Shown here in pieces: positions 25,861-29,411 of a stretch of 29,411 nt of DNA. Source of the DNA: an uncultured Victivallales bacterium (lineage in GTDB: Bacteria > Verrucomicrobiota > Kiritimatiellia > UBA8416 > CAYOBW01); contig CAZKRK010000046.1 in NCBI GenBank assembly GCA_964555035.1, positions 1 to 29,411 on the forward strand. The letters run 5' to 3'. The stretch's first letter is position 1, and each line of letters begins with the position of its first letter. The notes under the pieces were generated by a model. The model ran no database searches. It saw only the letters and a list, made by a program, of their open reading frames with translations, and was not told the origin of the DNA. The translations under genes were made by a program, and so were the position numbers.

Positions 25861-26897
25861 GATACCCTCACATGCCATTTGAGCCGGTCAGGCTTGGTGA
25901 CCGTCACACCTACATCCAGAAACTGCTTCAACACTTCGACATTCGTGGCCGAATGCCTCGTCAGGGGCAGCGTCGTGAACTCGCCCTCTCCGGCCACCGC
26001 CATGGGCACCAGGAGCTGGTCCGCAAGGTAACGCCCAACTGGTACGTCTGACGTCAGGTACTCGCGTACCGGCTTCACAACCGAACGCGCGACCCGCTCG
26101 GACGGGACTCCCCTTTCGCCAAAACCGGTGAAGACTCCGCTAACGTGTTCGCTTTCGAGGATGACCATGACGACGTTGCCCGGTCCGCGCGGCGCCGTGA
26201 CCTGCTCAATGCGCGTGGCACCGTCCACGATCGGCAGCAGCCTCCCCAGGGTCGCAAGCTCCTTCTCCGCGATAGACCGTGGGAGCTGCGAGACTATCGC
26301 CACGGCCTCGTGCCGTACAAGCTCGCCGCGTTCGAGAAGCTCGATGGGCGCAAGCCCGCCGGCCGGAGCAATATCCACCGTGAAACACCCGCCGCCCGCC
26401 GGGTAAAAGCCGGGACGGTCGAGAGTGGCTGTCACCGTCGGCCCCATCCGGTTGACGATGGGCAGAAACGAGCGCGTCAGGAAGTCAAAAGGCGGCGCGT
26501 ACGGATTGTGAGTGCCGCCCTCCAGCGTCAGGCGCGACGGGCCGTCGGCCAACAGCAATGCCGGCAGCACCGTCTGCAGAACCAGCGTGGCGCTGCCCGC
26601 CGTGCCGACGGCAAAACGGTATTCGCCTGCCTTCGCGCGCTTCGGCCTGAACGTCAGTCCGCGCGACTTCATCTCGTTGCCGTCTACGGACGCGGAACTC
26701 ACCGCGGCCGCGGCATTCACGGCCGTGAGATGCTGCCGCAGCAACCCCGGCTTGCGCCGTCCCGCACGGATATTCGTGATCCGAAACGGCTGCCCCGTAA
26801 CGAGGGAAAGTGCCAGGGAAGTCCGCAGCACCTGTCCTCCGCCCTCACCAAATGAACCATCAATCGTAATCATTGTGATTCTCTCTCCCATGCTCAT
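25857..26897 (-). CDS. rtcA: RNA 3'-terminal phosphate cyclase RtcA
   Basis: MITIDGSFGEGGGQVLRTSLALSLVTGQPFRITNIRAGRRKPGL matches the RtcA N-terminal signature, and the catalytic His lies in the context RQHLTAV. The start is placed at MSMGERITM. The track ORF runs further upstream to 27158. Confidence 0.85.
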   Translation of the reverse strand: MSMGERITMITIDGSFGEGGGQVLRTSLALSLVTGQPFRITNIRAGRRKPGLLRQHLTAVNAAAAVSSASVDGNEMKSRGLTFRPKRAKAGEYRFAVGTAGSATLVLQTVLPALLLADGPSRLTLEGGTHNPYAPPFDFLTRSFLPIVNRMGPTVTATLDRPGFYPAGGGCFTVDIAPAGGLAPIELLERGELVRHEAVAIVSQLPRSIAEKELATLGRLLPIVDGATRIEQVTAPRGPGNVVMVILESEHVSGVFTGFGERGVPSERVARSVVKPVREYLTSDVPVGRYLADQLLVPMAVAGEGEFTTLPLTRHSATNVEVLKQFLDVGVTVTKPDRLKWHVRVS

Positions 26898-27043
26898 GCA
26901 CGGATCCGCCTTCGCCGAGCTACGGCGGGACACGACGGGTTTCCGCGCTACCGTCCGTCGCCCACGACCTCCCTCCCCCGTCGACAAGCCGAAACAGGTT
27001 CGGGACAAGACCCGCAAGCCCCGCGCTTCGTAGAGCGTCCGCA

Positions 27044-27066
27044 GGTGCGTCTTGGAAAGACGCACC
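27044..27066. other. Perfect hairpin ggtgcgtctt-gga-aagacgcacc between the SPFH gene and rtcA
   Basis: It has a 10-bp stem. It is flanked by a long-range imperfect inverted repeat, cttcgtagag (27028-27037) / gtctacgaag (27131-27140). It is a possible attenuator or terminator upstream of rtcAB. Confidence 0.4.
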
Positions 27067-27204
27067 GGAGGGCGCAGGCCGGGCAAACCCCACCTCTCGT
27101 CTCCGGCCCGCGCGACGCGCGGGCCTCCGGCGAGTCTACGAAGACACGCCCCCGCCACCGGGGGCCGGGGTACGCCCCTGCGTACCTCCGGCTCCCCGGG
27201 CCGA

Positions 27205-28311
27205 TTAGAGCAGGTTTACCACCCGCTCGGCCAGTCCCTTTTCACCCAACACAACGTTGAGCTTCGAGTTCTCGGCCACCTTTTCCAGAACCTCCAGTTC
27301 CTTCAGCCTCATGAGGGCGGGATTCCCGTCCATCAGTTTGGCCGTATTCACCTGGCTGCGCATCGCAGCCGTCTCTTCACGACGCGCAATCACGTTGGCC
27401 TCGGACGCTTTGCGCGCCTCGATGACCTTGTTGAGCAGCGCCTTCATGTCGCCGGGCAGGATGATGTCCTTGACGCCCAGGGCGACAACGTTCACGCCGA
27501 AGGCTGCGGCCCTCTTCCGCATTGCGGATCCGAGCTCGTCGGTCACGGCGGACTTGTCCGCCAGCAACAGGTCAAGCTCGCGCGTGCCGATGATGCCCCT
27601 GAGGGCAAGCTGCGCCTCACGGTAGAGCGCCTGGTCGACGTCAGCGACAGCCTCGACCGACTTGCGCGCGTCCGTCACGCGGTAGGTCACCACCGCGTTC
27701 AGTCGCAACGAGACCTTGTCGGCCGTCATGATCTCCTGGCCCGACACATCCAGCACCTTCTCGCGCATGTCTACGTGATAGAGCTTGACCTTGCCGACAC
27801 GCTTCCACGACGCGTACTGGCCGGGCGCGAGAGTCTTGACGTATTTCCCGTCACGGAAGTACACGCCCAGGTGACCCTCTTCGACCGTGAACGCGTTCAA
27901 CACGTCCGTAGTCACTGCCGACTTCAGGATCACGTTCAGGTCGGGGTGGTCGATCAGCACGTCACGCGCGTCGACGATGTCCGCCTTCACCTCCTTGAAC
28001 TGCGTCCAGAGCACGTAGCGACCCGAATCGAGGACGCCGTTGAACCTGCCGTCAATCCATACGAGCGCGCGCTCGTAGTCCTTCAGGTCCAACACCAGGG
28101 CGTCGTCGCCCAGGGCAGCGGACTTGACGATCACGTCGAGGTCCGCGTGTGCCAACCAGGGATCACGCTGCGACACGACGTCGACGCGCACCTTGTTGAA
28201 GGGGTCGAAGAACCAGTGACGCCCCGCGTCGAGGATCCCCTTGAACTCCCGATCCTTGAAGACCAGTCCCTTCTCGTACGTTCTAATTTTCACTTTTCCG
28301 ATGACAACCAT
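27205..28311 (-). CDS. SPFH/band-7 (stomatin/prohibitin/HflKC-like) domain protein with an N-terminal triple repeat of about 45 aa
   Basis: The C-terminal SPFH core is EIMTADKVSLRLNAVVTYRVTD...ALRGIIGTRELDLLLADK...AFGVNVVALGVKDIILPG. The N-terminus has three repeats of a G-(L/H)-x-V-(F/W/Y)-x-D-(R/G)-x-(F/Y)-x-G-x-L-x-(A/S)-G-x-(H/Y)-x-x-W motif. Confidence 0.85.
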   Translation of the reverse strand: MVVIGKVKIRTYEKGLVFKDREFKGILDAGRHWFFDPFNKVRVDVVSQRDPWLAHADLDVIVKSAALGDDALVLDLKDYERALVWIDGRFNGVLDSGRYVLWTQFKEVKADIVDARDVLIDHPDLNVILKSAVTTDVLNAFTVEEGHLGVYFRDGKYVKTLAPGQYASWKRVGKVKLYHVDMREKVLDVSGQEIMTADKVSLRLNAVVTYRVTDARKSVEAVADVDQALYREAQLALRGIIGTRELDLLLADKSAVTDELGSAMRKRAAAFGVNVVALGVKDIILPGDMKALLNKVIEARKASEANVIARREETAAMRSQVNTAKLMDGNPALMRLKELEVLEKVAENSKLNVVLGEKGLAERVVNLL

Positions 28312-28360
28312 CTTCCCCCTCCTTCCTTTCTCCTATTCGTTTCCCTAACGTGGGCACGGC

Positions 28361-28460
28361 CAACAACCCAAGTGTGGCACAGGCAGAAAAATGGGTTGGC
28401 AGAAAGATGGGGATATTGAGGGTGTCGTTCCTCTGCCAGCCCATTTTTCTGCCTTTCATT
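28361..28460. repeat. Copy 2 of the 100-bp conserved structured element, 50-150 bp upstream of the SPFH gene start
   Basis: It holds a perfect 14-bp inverted repeat, ggcagaaaaatggg (28383-28396) / cccatttttctgcc (28440-28453). These enclose the inner stem ggcagaaagatg/cgttcctctgcc and the loop atattgagggtgt. It is 76% identical to 17361-17460. Confidence 0.6.
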
Positions 28461-28885
28461 TCTATCCCGGCAACGCGCTCTCTCGTTCCTACTCTCGTTC
28501 CCCCAGTTCTCAAGAAGACCCTCCAGAGATGAACTCCATGACAATCACACTCAGGCCGCGGAGCGTCGCTTGAGCGCCGCTTGTTCCACCGTCACCGGCG
28601 GGCGGGGGATTGTCCGCCGCGGTTCCGAGGAACCGGGGACAGACCTCCATTCCGCCCGCCGGGCGGTCAAACTTCGCGGCGCGGTATCTGCGCGCTGCAA
28701 GGCGTCCGTCTTGTGCTGCCGGCGAAAGCGTCGCCCGAGCTCCCTGGCGCGTCTCGCGGGGGGACAGCCCCCCGCGCCGTGCTCGCTTGCTCGGTCAACC
28801 TCGATCGCCGGCCGATCCATCATGCGTCCATCTCCTTCGGGCATCGTTGAGGCCCTTGCAGGGCCAACCGGGTTTTCAGCCCAGG

Positions 28886-28959
28886 TGTTCGGTACGGGAA
28901 TCGAACCCGCAACACATGCATCCCAAGTGCATTGCTCTACCCAATTGAGCTAACCGATC
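28886..28959 (-). tRNA. tRNA-Pro (anticodon TGG), 74 nt, with one A2:A71 acceptor mismatch and a genomic 3' CCT (no encoded CCA)
   Basis: Manual cloverleaf: acceptor GATCGGT/ACCGAAC; D arm GCTC-AATTGGGTA-GAGC; anticodon arm ATGCA-CTTGGGA-TGCAT with U33 and G37; variable loop GTGTT; T arm GCGGG-TTCGATT-CCCGT; discriminator A. Confidence 0.55.
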
Positions 28960-29205
28960 CAACCTGCCTTCACGATCGTCGCCAGAACCCCTGCCGGTAC
29001 ACACGGGCCGGAACCTGCAGCACCAACAGCCGTACCGGGCCGGGTGCCGCGGTGGCCAACCCTGCGCCGCGGGCCGGATCGTGCCGGCGGTCGGGGTGTA
29101 CCGCAGCGGGTGTGCCAGGTTGAAAGCAAAAGTGATGACGCATACATAAGCTCTTCATGATTACGGATTAACGGTGATGGATCTTTGCGCCGCGTCGAAT
29201 CGGCA

Positions 29206-29234
29206 TTGACTTGGGGTACGAATGGACGTATACA
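29206..29234 (+). promoter_or_regulatory. Sigma70-like promoter candidate (TTGACT, 17 bp, TATACA) facing the window's right edge
   Basis: It was matched to the consensus by eye only. It lies in a locally AT-richer segment, and the downstream 170 bp are GC-rich and could be a structured leader. The prediction is weak. Confidence 0.2.
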
Positions 29235-29411
29235 GACGGCGAGTAATTTCGCTGTGGGGCTATAGATGTTGGGCTAGTTAGGCGGAGGGAGTATCACTTG
29301 CCATCCCGAGGGCAGGGGTGGGAGCGCGCGATTCACGGGGCTGTATCAAAAGGTCGTGGGCCGCTTGCGAGTGTCGGCGCGTAGCGTGCTCCAACCGGTC
29401 CACGCCACTCC

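Noticed and set aside
24436-28419. Plus-strand ORFs across rtcB/rtcA and the SPFH gene (24436-25221, 25297-26031, 26145-26855, 27052-28419)
   Set aside because: They lie opposite strongly supported genes with RtcB, RtcA and SPFH motifs. Their composition is typical of non-coding GC-rich frames.
28551-28844. 97-aa Arg-rich minus-strand ORF between the SPFH gene and the tRNA
   Set aside because: It is low-complexity and Arg/Pro/Ala-rich with no motif. It is most likely non-coding.
29100-29411. Possible RNase P RNA, SRP RNA or tmRNA at the window's right end
   Set aside because: Only vague resemblance (GGGCAGGGGTG, CCAGGTTGAAAGCA) was found. None of the universally conserved blocks of these RNAs could be aligned by eye.
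1-29411. CRISPR arrays, rRNA genes, transposase or integrase genes
   Set aside because: No regularly spaced direct repeats with unique spacers were found. No rRNA-like conserved blocks were found. No ORF has transposase (DDE) or integrase signatures. The MITE-like elements are non-autonomous.

Overview
The window is a 29.4-kb, very GC-rich (about 65-68%) bacterial chromosomal segment. The gene content (TAT-signal sulfatases, a Gfo/Idh/MocA oxidoreductase, a large lectin-like lipoprotein) looks like a Planctomycetota/Verrucomicrobiota-type genome. The taxon is inferred, not proven. From left to right:
- 133-2669: an intact formylglycine-type sulfatase, followed by two decayed sulfatase remnants that flank a MITE-like element.
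- 2783-6113: a translationally coupled macB-tolC efflux pair on the minus strand, with no macA.
- 6240-7589: a TAT-exported Gfo/Idh/MocA oxidoreductase.
- 7857-13073: a 1738-aa protein fusing a DEDD 3'-5' exonuclease, a RecQ helicase core and a full UvrD/PcrA (SF1) helicase. It is convergent with a 923-aa SWIM-zinc-finger SNF2 helicase at 13351-16122, and a second MITE-like element sits between them.
- 16296-16907: a tandem-wHTH ArsR-type regulator bracketed by two near-identical palindromes.
- 16908-17892: a 0.9-kb regulatory intergenic region packed with AT-rich palindromes, a 100-bp structured repeat and shared upstream motifs.
- 17893-22792: a 973-aa lipoprotein with ConA/LamG-like signatures and a Wzy-like polytopic membrane protein.
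- 22890-24448: an AT-rich island followed by an Arch_ATPase/DUF234 AAA ATPase.
- 24478-28311: rtcA-rtcB (ATGA-coupled) and an SPFH/band-7 protein with an N-terminal triple repeat.
- 28361-28959: a second copy of the 100-bp structured repeat and a tRNA-Pro(TGG) on the minus strand.
No CRISPR array, rRNA, transposase or integrase was found.
The most unusual items are the Exo-RecQ-UvrD mega-helicase paired with the SWIM-SNF2 helicase, the family of double-hairpin TIR elements showing compensatory stem changes, the palindrome-bracketed ArsR gene, and the conserved structured 100-bp element.
Many ORFs in the supplied track are antisense or alternate-frame shadows of real genes, as expected at this GC content.
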